DNA of 64,000 nucleotides from Eledone cirrhosa. Lineage: Eukaryota. The DNA lies in NCBI GenBank assembly GCA_964016885.1, contig OZ024751.1, positions 44,950,001 through 45,014,000 on the forward strand. Reading direction: 5' to 3'. The notes under the pieces were generated by a model that saw only the letters and a program-made list of their open reading frames with translations, did no database searches and had not been told where the DNA came from. Below, one piece after another: positions 11,925 through 29,280 of the stretch (within the stretch, counting starts at the first letter, position 1; each line of letters begins with the position of its first letter). Position numbers and translations under genes: made by a program.

Positions 11925-12525
11925 CTAACAGACATACTGACAGACAGACAAGCTGGCAGACATACTGACAGACAAGCTGACAACCTGGCAGATAGACTGA
12001 CAGACAGACAGACAAGCTGACAATCTGGCAGACATACTGGCAGACAGGCAAATAGACAGACAGACAGACAGACAGACAAGCTGACAATCTGGCAGACATA
12101 CTGACAGACAGACAGACAAGCAGACAAGCTGACAGACATACTGACAGACTGACAGACAGACAGACAGACAGACAGACAAGCAGACAAGCTGACAAACATA
12201 CTTACAGGCTGACAGACAGACAGACAGACAGACAAGCAGACAAGCTGACAGACATACTGACAGGCTGACAGAGAGACAGACAGACAGACAAGCAGACAAG
12301 CTGACAAACATACTTACAGGCTGACAGACAGACAGACAGACAAGCAGACAAGCTGACAGACATACTGACAGGCTGACAGAGAGACAGACAGACAGACAAG
12401 CAGACAAGCTGACAGGCTGACAGACATACTGACAGGCTGACAGATAGACAGACAAGCAGACAAGCAGACAGGCAAACAGACAGACTAGCTGACAAGCTGA
12501 CAGACAGACAGACAGGCCATCAGAC
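11925..12525. repeat. (GACA)n-based compound minisatellite with AAGCTGACA/CATACTGACA motifs
   Basis: Direct reading. Confidence 0.9.
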
Positions 12526-12639
12526 AGGCGGACATAGTTGTAGATCAATGTCGAGAGACTATTCGACACAGTATCACGTTATATAAACTTAGCTCTGTCG
12601 CTATTACCACCCTGAAAATGTGGTCGACAACCACCATTG

Positions 12640-13940
12640 CCTGTCTGTCTCTCTGTCTCTCTGTCTATATGTGTCTGTATGTCTCTCTGTCTCTCTGTCT
12701 ATATGTGTCTGTATGTCTCTCTGTCTCTCTGTCTATATGTGTCTATATGTATCTATATGTGTCTATATGTATCTATATGTATCTGTCTGTCTCTCTGTCT
12801 ATATGTGTCTGTATGTCTCTCTGTCTCTCTGTCTATATGTGTCTATATGTGTCTATATGTGTCTATATGTGTCTATATGTATCTGTCTGTCTCTCTGTCT
12901 ATATGTGTCTGTATGTCTCTCTGTCTCTCTGTCTATATGTGTCTATATGTATCTATATGTATCTGTCTGTCTCTCTGTCTATATGTGTCTGTATGTCTCT
13001 CTGTCTCTCTGTCTATATGTGTCTATATGTGTCTATATGTGTCTATATGTGTCTATATGTATCTGTCTGTCTCTCTGTCTATATGTGTCTGTATGTCTCT
13101 CTGTCTCTCTGTCTATATGTGTCTATATGTGTCTGTCTGTCTCTCTGTCTATATGTGTCTGTATGTGTCTGTATGTGTATATATGTGTCTGTATGTCTCT
13201 CTGTCTCTCTGTCTATATGTGTCTATATGTGTCTGTCTGTCTCTCTGTCTATATGTGTCTGTATGTGTCTGTATGTGTATATATGTGTCTGTATGTCTCT
13301 CTGTCTCTCTGTCTATATGTGTCTATATGTGTCTGTCTGTCTCTCTGTCTATATGTGTCTGTATGTGTCTGTATGTGTCTGTATGTGTATATATGTGTCT
13401 GTATGTCTCTCTGTCTCTCTGTCTATATGTGTCTATATGTATCTATATGTATCTGTCTGTCTCTCTGTCTATATGTGTCTGTATGTCTCTCTGTCTCTCT
13501 GTCTATATGTATCTATATGTGTCTGTCTGTCTCTCTGTCTATATGTGTCTGTATGTCTCTCTGTCTCTCTGTCTATATGTATCTATATGTGTCTGTCTGT
13601 CTCTCTGTCTATATGTGTCTGTATGTCTCTCTGTCTCTCTGTCTATATGTATCTATATGTATCTGTCTGTCTCTCTGTCTATATGTATCTGTCTGTCTCT
13701 CTGTATATATGTGTCTGTATGTCTCTCTGTCTCTCTGTCTATATGTGTCTATATGTATCTATATGTATCTGTCTGTCTCTCTGTCTATATGTGTCTGTAT
13801 GTCTCTCTGTCTCTCTGTCTATATGTGTCTATATGTGTCTATATGTGTCTGTCTGTCTCTCTGTCAATATGTGTCTGTATGTGTCTGTATGTGTCTGTAT
13901 GTGTATATATGTGTCTGTATGTGTCTGTATGTCTATATGT
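12640..13940. repeat. Compound satellite of 8-10 bp units (TCTATATGTG/TCTCTCTG/TCTGTATGTG) with exact 180 bp higher-order repeats
   Basis: Lines 12781-12960 and 12961-13120 are near identical. Confidence 0.9.
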
Positions 13941-13987
13941 GTGTATATACCTTTGTTTATATGTTTTTAAGTATATAAAAATGTACG

Positions 13988-16810
<2,823 letters not shown>

Positions 16811-17039
16811 ATATGCACCGTCACTTTCAACACCAACAGAACAATCATCATCAGCACCAGTACCACTCTGTATACCACCAGTACCACCAGCCTATAGCTG
16901 AACCCTCCATACCACCGCCACCACCCATTAAAACCATTGACATACCACTACCACACAAATCATCATCATCATTATCATCATCATCATCACCATGAGTACT
17001 AACTAACACGACCTCCCACCACTACTCCTACAACGACCA

Positions 17040-19340
17040 TACCATCACAACCCCCCCACCACCACCACCACCACCACCCCCCACCCTCCCATACAACCTC
17101 CTCACACTACCACCTGCACTCCGCCACCTTAATCCCCACCATTATCATCACCATCACCACCACCACCACCACCACTGCTACCATCGTTATCACCACCACC
17201 CACCACCACCACCACTGCTACCATCGTTATCACCACCACCACCACCACCACTACTACCACCCTTATCACCACCAACACCACCACCACCACCACCACCACC
17301 ACTACCATCGTTATCACCTCCACCACCACCACTACCATCGTTATCACCTCCACCACCACCACCACTACAATCGTTATCGCCACCACCACCTCTACCATCG
17401 TTATCACTACCACCACTACCGCCACCACCACCATCATCGTTATCACCCACTCTCACGACCACCACCAGTAGGGACCAACACCAGCACCACCACCACCACC
17501 ACTATTGACCAACACCACCAGCTCCACCCCCAACACCACCACCACTAGGGACCAACTCCACCAGCTCCACCACCACCACCTCCACCACTATTGACCAACA
17601 CCACCAACACCACCACAACCACCATCACCACCACCACCACCACTAGGGACCAACTCCACCAGCTCCACCACCACCACCTCCACCACTATTGACCAACACC
17701 ACCAACACCACCACAACCACCATCACCACCACCACCACCACTAGGGACCAACACCACCAGCTCCACCACTACCACCACCACCACCACCACCACTATTGAC
17801 CAACACCACCACCACCACCATCACCACCACCACCACCACTATTGACCAACACCACCACCACCACCACCACTAGGGACCAACACCACCAGCTCCACCACTA
17901 CCACCACCACCACCACCACCACTATTGACCAACACCACCACCACCACCATCACCACCACCACCACCATCACCACCAACACCACCACCACCACTAGGGACC
18001 AACACCACCAGCTCTACCACCAACACCACCACATCCATCATCATCATCACAACAGACTACACCACTACCCCCAACAGGACCAACAAGACCCAAAAAATCA
18101 GGAAAACCACCACCACCACCATCATCACCATCATCACTACCTCCATCACCACCATCATCACCACCACCACCGCCACCATCATCAACACCACTGCCACCAT
18201 CATCACCACCATCATCACCACCACCATCACCACCACCATCACCACCAACACCACCACCACCACCACCATCACCCCACCACTAAAACCACCATCACCCCCA
18301 CCACACCACCACCATCACCACCATCATCATCACCACAACCACCACCGCCACCACCATCACCACCATCATCAGCACCACCATCACCACCACCATCACCACC
18401 ATCACCACCACCATCACCCCACCACTAAAACCACCATCACCCCCACCACACCACCACCATCACCACCATCATCATCACCACAACCACCACCGCCACCACC
18501 ATCACCACCATCATCAGCACCACCATCACCACCACCATCACCACCACCACCATCACCCCACCACTAAAACCACCATCACCCCCACCACACCACCACCATC
18601 ACCACCATCATCATCACCACAACCACCACCGCCACCACCATCACCACCATCATCAGCACCACCATCACCACCACCATCACCACCATCACCACCACCATCA
18701 CCACCACCATCACCACAACCATCACCACCAACACCACCACCACCACCACCATCACCCCACCACTAAAACCACCATCACCCCCACCACACCACCACCATCA
18801 CCACCATCATCATCACCACAACCACCACCGCCACCACCATCACCACCATCATCAGCACCACCATCACCACCACCATCACCACCACCACCACCACCATCAC
18901 CCCACCACTAAAACCACCATCACCCCCACCACACCACCACCATCACCACCATCATCATCACCACAACCACCACCGCCACCACCATCACCACCATCATCAG
19001 CACCACCATCACCACCACCACCACCACCATCACCCCCACCACCACCACCACCATCATCACCACAACCACCACCATCACTACCACCACCACCATCATCACC
19101 ACCACCATCACCACCAACACCACCACCCCCACCATCACCCCCACCACCACCACCACCATCACCACCACCATAACCACCAACACCACCACCACCACCATCA
19201 CCACCACCATCACCCCCACCACCACCACCACCATCATCACCACAACCACCATCATCACTACCACCATCATGACCATCGCCACAGGCTCCACCACCACCAA
19301 GATAACCACCACCACCGCCACCAACAACAACATAACCACT
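17040..19340. repeat. (CCA/TCA)n trinucleotide satellite with higher-order units
   Basis: Recurrent CTACCATCGTTATCA, CTAGGGACCAA/CTATTGACCAA and CTAAAACCACCATCACCCCC anchors. Confidence 0.92.
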
Positions 19341-19359
19341 ACGATACATCCTTTATTAC

Positions 19360-19491
19360 CCCTCTCTCTCTCACTCAGTGTCTCTCTCCCTTTATCTATC
19401 TCACTCTCACTCTCTCTCTATCCCTATTTCTCACTCCCTGTCGATCTCGCTTTCTCTCTACCTCTCCCTCTCTCCCTCTCTCACTCTCTCA

Positions 19492-19541
<50 letters not shown>

Positions 19542-19960
19542 CACTCTCTCTATCTTCGTCCCTCTCTATCTATCTATTTATCTCTCTCCCTCTTTCTCTC
19601 CCTCTTTCTCTCCCTCTATCTCCCTCTCTTTGCCTCCCTCTCCCTCACTTTCTCTTTCCCTCTTTCTCTCTCCCTCTCTCTCCCTCTCTCTCCCTCCCTC
19701 TCCTTCACTTTCTCTTTCCCCCTGTCTCTCTCCCTCTCTCTCCCTCTCTCTCTCCCTCCCTCTCCTTCACTTTCTCTTTCCCCCTGTCTCTCTCCCTCTC
19801 TCTCCCTCTCCTTCACTTTCTCTTTCCCTCTTTCTCTCTCCCTCGATCTCCCTCTCTCTCTCCCTCGCTCTCCTTCACTTTCTCTTTCCCTCTTTCTCTT
19901 TCCCTCAGTCTCCCCCCGCCCTCCCTCTCTCTCCCTCTCTCTCCCTCTCTCTCTCTATTC
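19360..19960. repeat. CT-rich polypyrimidine tract with ~60 bp repeats
   Basis: CCTTCACTTTCTCTTTCCC repeated. Confidence 0.85.
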
Positions 19961-20751
19961 TCTCAGTCGTTGCCCTAGGTTACAGCCAATCACAGCCTCC
20001 CTAATGCCTCACTACCACTGTCGTGTTGACAGGTGTTGTCTACACAACAGTTTACCATCGACTAACAGCAGCAGCAGCTTGGCCAAATATTTTAGCGGCA
20101 CTTAGACACAGAGGTGGCGGTGGTGGTGGTGGAGGCGGTGATGGTAGTGGTGGAAGCGGAGTGGGGGGGGGGGGTAGCGGTAGAGGCGGTAGTGTGTGTG
20201 GGGGGAGGGGGTAGTTGTGGTGGTGGTGGTGGTGGTGGTGGTGGTGGTAGTGGTGTTGTTGGCGGCGGTGGTCGTCGTCGTGATGGGGATTGTCTGTGTT
20301 GGGAATTGTGGTGGTGGTGGTGGTGGTGGTGGTGGTGGTGGTGGTGGTGGTTGTGATGGTGATAGTTGTGGTGGTGCTGGTGTTGGCGGTGGTGATAATT
20401 GTGGTGGTACTGTTGAGGATGGTTATGATGGTAGTGGCGTTGCTGGTGATGGGAGTGGTAGTCGTGTGGAGGAAATGAGAGAACATGTGACACAGCGCTA
20501 ACATGGTGGCACAGATGTGGGGCCGCTGTGGGCTCTTTATTTTATATGAAGGTCACGGTATGAGGTGGTTTACTTATGCAATAATTGTGATAGGAAAGAA
20601 GGAATAGATAACATTTCTAATATATTTATGTATGTATGAACATATACAGATATATACATATATCTATATATGTATATATATATATATGTATATGAATATA
20701 TATATATATACATATATAAAGAGAGAGAGATTATATTATATATATATATAA

Positions 20752-21080
20752 ACAAGAAATGTAAGTCAAGAGGTTAAAATTAACTTCGTTTATTCATATT
20801 CGCTGTTATATATATTTCGGTGATAACCATTATTCAACAGCTATGACCTCATCGGACAGCTAAAACTTCAACAGAAAAAAAAAACAGAAAAACATAATGA
20901 TATTCCCTGTCCTGAAATAGATATAACAGCGAATATGTATAAACCAAGTTAATTTCAACTTGTTGACTTCTTGTTTTTAAATTACTCTGAAGTAAACAGA
21001 CCCACCTGTGCACTTCGTTGAGTGCTCTACCCTGCATACTGAAATATTGGTAACCAACCAGCACATACTCAAATTTATCT
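20752..21080. mobile_element. pLTR-like element: diverged inverted arms plus tail; hammerhead 20802-20860 (minus strand, core CCGATGA)
   Basis: GCTGT-CcGATGA-GGT..ACC-GAA-ATATATAT-A-ACAGC; 20752-20819 is the imperfect inverse of 20913-20977. Confidence 0.65.
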
Positions 21081-21089
21081 ATACATCTA

Positions 21090-21126
<37 letters not shown>

Positions 21127-21130
21127 GAAG

Positions 21131-21344
21131 TATTTCCGTAGGAAAGGTAAAGGAAAAGAGAGTGCTCTATGTAAACTACAGAGCTGTTCAGCCTCACTTT
21201 CATTTATCCTAAACTCTGTTTTCAAATCTATATCACTATTCCATATTAAATAAATATTTCTTCTGATGAATGTAGACAGACATAAGTATCTGTCTTCAAG
21301 AAACCACTGGTAAATGAAATAATTATCTTATGTTGTTTATTACA

Positions 21345-21350
<6 letters not shown>
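21131..21350 (+). mobile_element. Family A element (inverted tail plus sense pLTR) with hammerhead at 21255-21321
   Basis: TATTTCTT-CTGATGA-atgtAGACAGA..TCTGTCTtcaa-GAA-ACC-act-GGT-A-AAtGAAATA. Confidence 0.75.
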
Positions 21351-21430
<80 letters not shown>

Positions 21431-22739
21431 AGAAGTTAGAACAGCATAATCGATGATCTGGTTGCGGGAAAGCTAACGAATGCTGTCGAGAAGTGCAGCC
21501 AAAAGCACTCAATAAGGAATTTTACCTTAGAGTTATAACATTACGTTTAGACAGCTGTGCAGATTGAAGCCAGCGACCGAAAAGCGAGCCGCTAGGACCA
21601 GAACAACGAAAAAACCGACTCAGGGAAAAGTTTGACTGTTACCTGGACCATCATCGACATATTACATAGTATTATATAACATCTCCACTAGGTTTCTGTA
21701 AATCCGAAATCAACAAAATCCATTTGCAGTGGTCTGCAAGTTAATTGGGCTTTGGAAGATAGAACAGTGGAATTTACTTCGTCAACAAGTTTTCGTTCTG
21801 CCTCCTCCGGTTGCAAGAACTAGTAGTAAACACTGCTAGTAGCCACGTGTTTTCTCCGAAGGGAGGAAACCCCCAGTATAGGTGTCCAAATTCAAAATTT
21901 GAACAAAGGATATATATATATATATATTTGTGGCACGAAACTTATCGAATAGAATGGACTCAGATTCGGTCGTTTCCTCACTCACTCAATGATTTAATTG
22001 AGTCCTTATAAAAATTTGAACCCAACCGATTAGATACACCGGTTTCTACGATTCCGAATGGAACCACCATGTGCAGAAATTAGGTAATTTTTGTGTGCAT
22101 TACGTAAGTTGATGTGAATCGCGTCGCAGCAGGAGTTCGCATCTTTGTAATAGAAAGTTACGTATGGCGTTGTAGTAAATCCCGCTGCTGGACACAGGTG
22201 AATGTAGTAGTAGTAGACCTCAACTTTCATGACTTTCATTCGCGATTTTGTAGTGAATTAGCGATGAATTAATGGAATCGTTTAAGATGTCGGAGGGGTT
22301 GATTTGCGGTATTTTTTCTCCGCTCTGCATGTTATTGTTTCAAATCTCGCCTCCTATCACGAGTTGTGATCTGGCCTCCTAATACAGTTAGTTGTGACGA
22401 CTATTTCTGCGACAGATTGATCTCTCGTAGGATGTAACTGGCCTAAAAAGAGCGATGATCATGAACTTTGTCACCTCCTAATAAAGTTGTGAGGACAAAC
22501 CCTTCTCCAACAGGGTCTTCTCTCGTTGGAATTAACTAGCATAAAAAAACCGTTCATGAACTTTCTCAAATACCAATTGAAATCTATTCATAGGGTTTCA
22601 TTCTCTGCTGTAAGCAGAAAGAACGATTATAAATTACAGGAAAAAAATAAACACAATAAAAATCGTTTTCAATTTATAGTTGTTTACTTCCGGTTTGTCT
22701 TACATTTAGATAGACATTGTCTTCCGCTTTGAGAGATAT

Positions 22740-22890
22740 TGATTTCTAATTTAGGTCCAAAGCCAGCAAATTTAGATAGAGGGGCAAAGTTGATTGGACC
22801 AGCACCAGTATTTGACTGGTACATATGTATATCGGCCATGGTAGGATCAAAGACAATGATGAATCACCTTGGTTATATTTGAACACGAGA
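22740..22890 (-). mobile_element. Old diverged SINE
   Basis: TTTCTAATTTAGG..CAAAGCCAGCAA..CCAGTATTTGACTGGTAC resembles the SINE 3' part. Confidence 0.6.
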
Positions 22891-23047
22891 CGAAAAGAGC
22901 CATATATGTATGTGTACATGTATGTGTGTATGTACGTAGGTATATATTTATGTATATATGTATGTATCTATGTTTGAATATACGTATGTATTTGTAAATG
23001 TAGGCATATAAGTAGGTATGTAAGTATATATAAATATATATATATAA

Positions 23048-23106
<59 letters not shown>

Positions 23107-23345
23107 GATATGTAAGTAGGGAGGGATGTATAATGTATATATGTATATATGTATGTAAGTATGTATGTAGATAGGTAGGAGGGTAGGTAGGCATGTATGA
23201 GTGAGTGTATATATTTGTGGGTGTATATGTTTGTGAGTGTGTATGCAATGTTTATGTAAGTATGTGCAATGAATTAGAGACACGTTAATGTACGATATTG
23301 TATATGTCTCATGTATGTTAATAGAGACAAACACGTGCCTGCGTG

Positions 23346-23387
<42 letters not shown>

Positions 23388-23685
23388 GTTGTATAGATGC
23401 ATGTGTGTGATTGTGAGTGTCTATGAGGTTTACAAAACTGTTTGATAAATAGAGAGGAGACTGACTTTAATAGCAGAATACTTAAAACAATAGCTCTTCC
23501 TCTCTCTCCCTCTCTCTCCCTCTCTCTCCCTCTCTCCCTCTCTCTCTCTATTTGTTTATGTGTGTATAAATGTATATACATATATATATATATATATATG
23601 TGTGTGTATATATATATTTATATATGTATATATGTATATATATTTTATATATATATATATATAAATATGCATGCATATATATATT

Positions 23686-23729
<44 letters not shown>

Positions 23730-23774
23730 TATGTGTGTGTGTCCAGCTCCTGTATAATTATATATACATATATA

Positions 23775-23806
<32 letters not shown>

Positions 23807-24188
23807 ATTGATGAATTATTGCCTGTAATGTAGATGATATTTGTAATTTGTGTGTGAGTAAGTGTGTGTGTGCGTGTGTGAGTGTGTACATGTGCGTGTG
23901 TGTGTGCGTGTGTGAGTGTGTACATGTGCGTGTGTGTGTGTACAGCATACAAACGAGCTCCTAAAGCCTTTAATTCTACCAAAATATCAAGACCCATGTT
24001 ACCAAGAATATGCCTAAAGAAACTAAATCCACATTAAAAATAGAATTTAAAATTAACTTTACACAAATCTGCTTTTATGGTAACTAAACAAATAAATATG
24101 TCGTAATTATAAAGAAAAATACATTTTTTATATCCAGAGTACAGACTGAGGGCTCAATATGGAAAAAAAAGTTATAGTTTTGTAGCAA

Positions 24189-24240
<52 letters not shown>

Positions 24241-24250
24241 TTATATATAT

Positions 24251-24281
<31 letters not shown>

Positions 24282-24395
24282 TATATATATAAATGAGTCC
24301 GAATTTTCTATAATATATATAGTATATACACACACAAACACATATATATATATATATATATATATATTCATACATACACACACAAATATATATAC

Positions 24396-24434
<39 letters not shown>

Positions 24435-24442
24435 TATATATA

Positions 24443-24473
<31 letters not shown>

Positions 24474-24478
24474 ATATA

Positions 24479-24520
<42 letters not shown>

Positions 24521-24765
24521 GTTTTGCAATGGAACTTTTTTGCTGTTTTTTACTTTTCTTTTGTCTATCTTTCTCTGTTCGTCTCTCTCTCCCCTTCTCT
24601 CTCTCTCTTTTTCCCTGTCTCACTTTCTCTCTATCTCTTTTTCTTATTCCATCTTCGGATGAAGGACTAATATCTGAAACGTTGGACCCATTTTCAAGCC
24701 TTAAGCTACTATATATCAATCTTATATATATTCATACATACATACATACATGTACATATACATAC

Positions 24766-25376
24766 ATGGTGGCTGCCAACTCGTTTTCGAGTACGGCCAC
24801 TACTTTATATCCATGTAGGAGAACCCCTACCGATGCGCTGAACGAGTGTGACTTTTTAGTCCAGCCAGCGACTTGAAAACTCTGGAACAAACACTACACT
24901 TGTGACAATTATTGACACATAGTGCTGGGCCCATGGTACCATGTGATGACAAGTGCAGAGAGATCTCCAGATATAAAGCAATACCTGTGCCGTGAAGCTT
25001 TTATAGTGAGCAAAGGCACTGCACAAAGCCAGTCCCAGTCTCTTAACCAAGATGATATTTACCAAAAAGAAGAACAAGTCAACACCATTGGATACCATCA
25101 GGGTTGCAGGTGTTATATCAGAGTTTTCCTTCTCCTAGAATTCTGCCTTGACAAAGGCTAAGGGGTCATCTCTCCCGGTGATTTTGAATGGTCATTGACT
25201 CTTAAGAGCTCCTTTGCCACTTGACAGGTTTTGTTTTTAGTCCTGCAGGATGTCCAAAGTCACCCTCCACGCCAAGAAACCTTGGTGGGGTTGCCAGTTT
25301 AGTCGCCAACGACCCGACCATGGGACAGGTTGTACTGGGATACATGTCACCAGTAGCACCAACTGGTGACCTGACA
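24766..25376 (-). mobile_element. Non-autonomous RTE(BovB-like)-derived bipartite element retaining a C2H2 zinc-finger ORF end
   Basis: 5' motif TTAGCCTTTGTCAAGGCAG..CTAGGAGAAGGAAAACTCTGA; 24827-24907 reads HKCSVCSRVFKSLAGLKSHTRSAHR*; 3' hairpin ACTCG-aaaa-CGAGT plus (ATGT)n. Confidence 0.7.
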
Positions 25377-25406
25377 CAACATATACATATACATATACAT
25401 ATATAT

Positions 25407-25465
<59 letters not shown>

Positions 25466-25467
25466 TA

Positions 25468-25525
<58 letters not shown>

Positions 25526-25690
25526 GTATTATATATGTATATTATGTATGTATAAATATATATATACTTATGCATGTATATTTTCTCGCAACATCGCATT
25601 CTTTTATTTTTTATACTGTTTTATTGTTGTTTATTTCTTACTCCATTTTATATTTTTTTCATTTTATTAGTTATTTTGTAATTTTGTTTT

Positions 25691-25721
<31 letters not shown>

Positions 25722-25744
25722 GTATCTGTATATATATATACATA

Positions 25745-25825
<81 letters not shown>

Positions 25826-26041
25826 ACGTATATATATATATATATATATGTCTGTAATATATATATATATATATATATGTCTGTAATATATATATATATA
25901 TATATGTCTGTAATATATATATATATATATATGTGTCTGTAATATATATATATATACATAAATATACATATATATATATATGTATATATACATATATATA
26001 TATAATTATATATATATACATATATAATTATATATATCTAT

Positions 26042-26131
<90 letters not shown>

Positions 26132-26339
26132 ATTATTTTTATTTTTATTATTTTGTTACAGTCAAAAATCGGGCGTGTGAAAAACTGCTTATCCACCATG
26201 TATTCTTAAATTTAAAAAAAAGTACAGAAAACAAACAAACAAACAAATATATATATACATACATATATATATATATATATATGTATATGTATATATATAG
26301 TGATATAAAGAAAGAGAGTAAGAAAGAAAGAAAGCACGT

Positions 26340-26394
<55 letters not shown>

Positions 26395-26699
26395 GGAGAG
26401 ACACAGATCCAAGATCTGTGTTAAATCGTGTTTGTGTGTGGTAAAAAACGACAACAATAACAATAAATACAACTACTTCTACTACTGCTGCTGTTGCTGT
26501 TGTTGCTGCTGCTGTCGTTGCTCTAACAACAACAACAACAACAACAACAACTATGTCAACTATAAACAGAATGAGTTTGCATTTTGTCAAATTAGAAGTC
26601 ATTCTTTAGCTTTACCTCTGAAACCTTTAAAACTTAATATACAAAAGATACTTTATTTGCCAGAACGGTGTAATATGTTCTATATGTAGATATGTCTGT

Positions 26700-27445
26700 A
26701 CGTGTATGTGTATGTGTATGTGTGCGTATAGAAGTGTGTTTGTGTATGTGTGTGTGTGTGTATGTGTGCGTATAGAAGTGTGTTTGTGTATGTGTATGTG
26801 TGTGCTTGTGTATGTGTGCGTATAGAAGTGTGTTTGTGTATGTGTATGTGTGTGTATGTGTATGTGTGCGTATAGAAGTGTGTTTGTGTATGTGTATGTG
26901 TGTGTTTGTGTATGTGTGCGTATAGAAGTGTGTTTGTGTATGTGTATGTGTGTGCATGTGTATGTGCGCGTATAGAAGTGTATTTATGTATGTGTATGTG
27001 TGTGTATGTGTATGTGTGTGTATGTGTATGTGTGTGTATGTGTATGTGTGTGTATGTGTATGTGTGCGTATAGAAGTGTGTTTGTGTATGTGTATGTGTG
27101 CGTATAGAAGTGTGTTTGTGTATGTGTATGTGTGCGTATAGAAGTGTGTTTGTGTATGTGTATGTGTGTGCATGTGTATGTGTGCGTATAGAAGTGTGTT
27201 TGTGTATGTGTATGTGTGTGCATGTGTATGTGCGCGTATAGAAGTGTGTTTATGTATGTGTATGTGTGTGTATGTGTATGTGTGCGTATAGAAGTGTGTT
27301 TGTGTATGTGTATGTGTGCGTATAGAAGTGTGTTTGTGTATGTGTATGTGTGTGCATGTGTATGTGTACGTATAGAAGTGTGTGTGTGTGTTTGTGTACG
27401 TATTGAAGTGTGTGTGTGTATGTGTATGTGTATGTGCGCGTATAG

Positions 27446-27510
<65 letters not shown>

Positions 27511-28125
27511 TATAGAAGTGTGTGTGTGTGTATGTGCGCGTATAGAAGTGTGTGTGTGTGTATGTGTATGTGTACGTATAGAAGTCTGTGTATGTGTATG
27601 TGTACGTATAGAAGTGTGTGTGTGTTTGTGTACGTATAGAAGTGTGTATGTGTATGTGCGCGTATAGAAGTGTGTGTGTGTGTGTGTATGTGTATGTGTG
27701 CGTATAGAAGTGTGTGTGTGTATGTGTGCGTATAAAAGTGTGTGTGTGTGTATGTGCGCGTATAGAAGTGTGTGTGTATGTGTATGTGTGCGTATAGAAG
27801 TGTGTGTGTGTGTGTGTTTGTGTACGTATAGAAGTGTGTGTGTGTATGTGTATGTGTATGTGCGCGTATAGAAGTGTGTGTGTGTGTGTGTATGTGTGCG
27901 TATATAAGTGTGTGTGTGTGTGTGTGTGTGTTTGTGTACGTATAGAAGTGTGTACGTGTATGTGTATGTGTGCGTATAGAAGTGTGTGTGTGTGTATGTA
28001 TGTGTATGTGTCCGTATATAAGTGTGTGTGTGTGTATATGTATGTGCATGTGTGCGTATAGAAGTGTTTGTGTATGTGTGTGTGCATGTGTATGTGTACG
28101 TATAGAAGTGTGTGTGCGTATATAA
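26700..28125. repeat. Minisatellite: constant CGTATAGAAG anchor with variable (TG)/(TATGTG) spacers
   Basis: Dozens of anchors read directly. Confidence 0.92.
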
Positions 28126-28289
28126 GTGTGTGTATGTGTATGTGGATGTGTACCTGTGCGTGGGGATGTGTCTGTGTGTATATCACTGTGAATATATATA
28201 TGTGAGTGCATGTGTATGTGTGTCTGTATGTGTATGTGGTGTGGATTTGTATATATATAAGTGTGTGTATGTGTATGTATGGGTAAGTG

Positions 28290-28348
<59 letters not shown>

Positions 28349-28431
28349 GGTGGGTGCATGTGTGTCAGTGTGCATGTGTGCGGGTGCGTATGTATTTATG
28401 TATGTGTGTATATATGTGTGCGTATGTTTGA

Positions 28432-28502
<71 letters not shown>

Positions 28503-28536
28503 AGTGTGTGTGTGTGTCTGTGTGCGTGTGTGTGTG

Positions 28537-28586
<50 letters not shown>

Positions 28587-28590
28587 TGTG

Positions 28591-28667
<77 letters not shown>

Positions 28668-28695
28668 AAATATGTATATATTTATGTCTTTGTAA

Positions 28696-28746
28696 TGCAA
28701 CCTGATGATTTAGAGGTGATTTTGTCTTGAAACCGCTGGTAGAGCA
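28696..28746 (+). ncRNA. Hammerhead motif (weak stems I and II) upstream of a family C tail
   Basis: CTGATGA..AGA..TCTt-GAA-ACC-gct-GGT-A. Confidence 0.5.
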
Positions 28747-28804
28747 AACTTAACTCAAACTGTTAATATAATGGTCCATCTGGTTCCTTACCGCATTTCC
28801 TTCG

Positions 28805-28852
<48 letters not shown>

Positions 28853-28857
<5 letters not shown>

Positions 28858-29280
28858 AAAGAATAGAGGTGTAACACACAAGTTATTATATATTGGTAAA
28901 CGGAATAGAAAATGCTGACAAATTGTTCACAGTTGAAAAATGGTTTAATTAGGAATAAAAGAGTATTAGTGATTGTATGGGTTAGTATTCAGTTGTGGTT
29001 TTAAGTTTTTAAGTTTTTACCGGTTGCGCATTTCTAAATGCTTTTCAAAAATAATTTTGAGATAGAGTGTCCGTGCTGTTTGCTCAGATCAGAGGAAACA
29101 GCACGGACACTCTATCTCAAAATTATTTTTGAAAAGCATTTAGAAATGCGCAACCGGTAAAAACTTAAAAACTTAAAACCACAACTGAATACTAACCCAT
29201 ACAATCACTAATACTCTTTTATTCCTAATTAAACCATTTTTCAACTGTGAACAATTTGTCAGCATTTTCTATTCCGTTTA

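Noticed and set aside
21430-21905. Possible LTR gag-like coding remnant
   Set aside because: Multiple stops and no diagnostic motif recognised
24650-24690. CGGATGAAGG..CTGAAACGTT minimal hammerhead-like word (similar weak cases at 8272-8331 and 46699-46860)
   Set aside because: Core mutated or missing, or stem I unconvincing; possible decayed copies but not supportable
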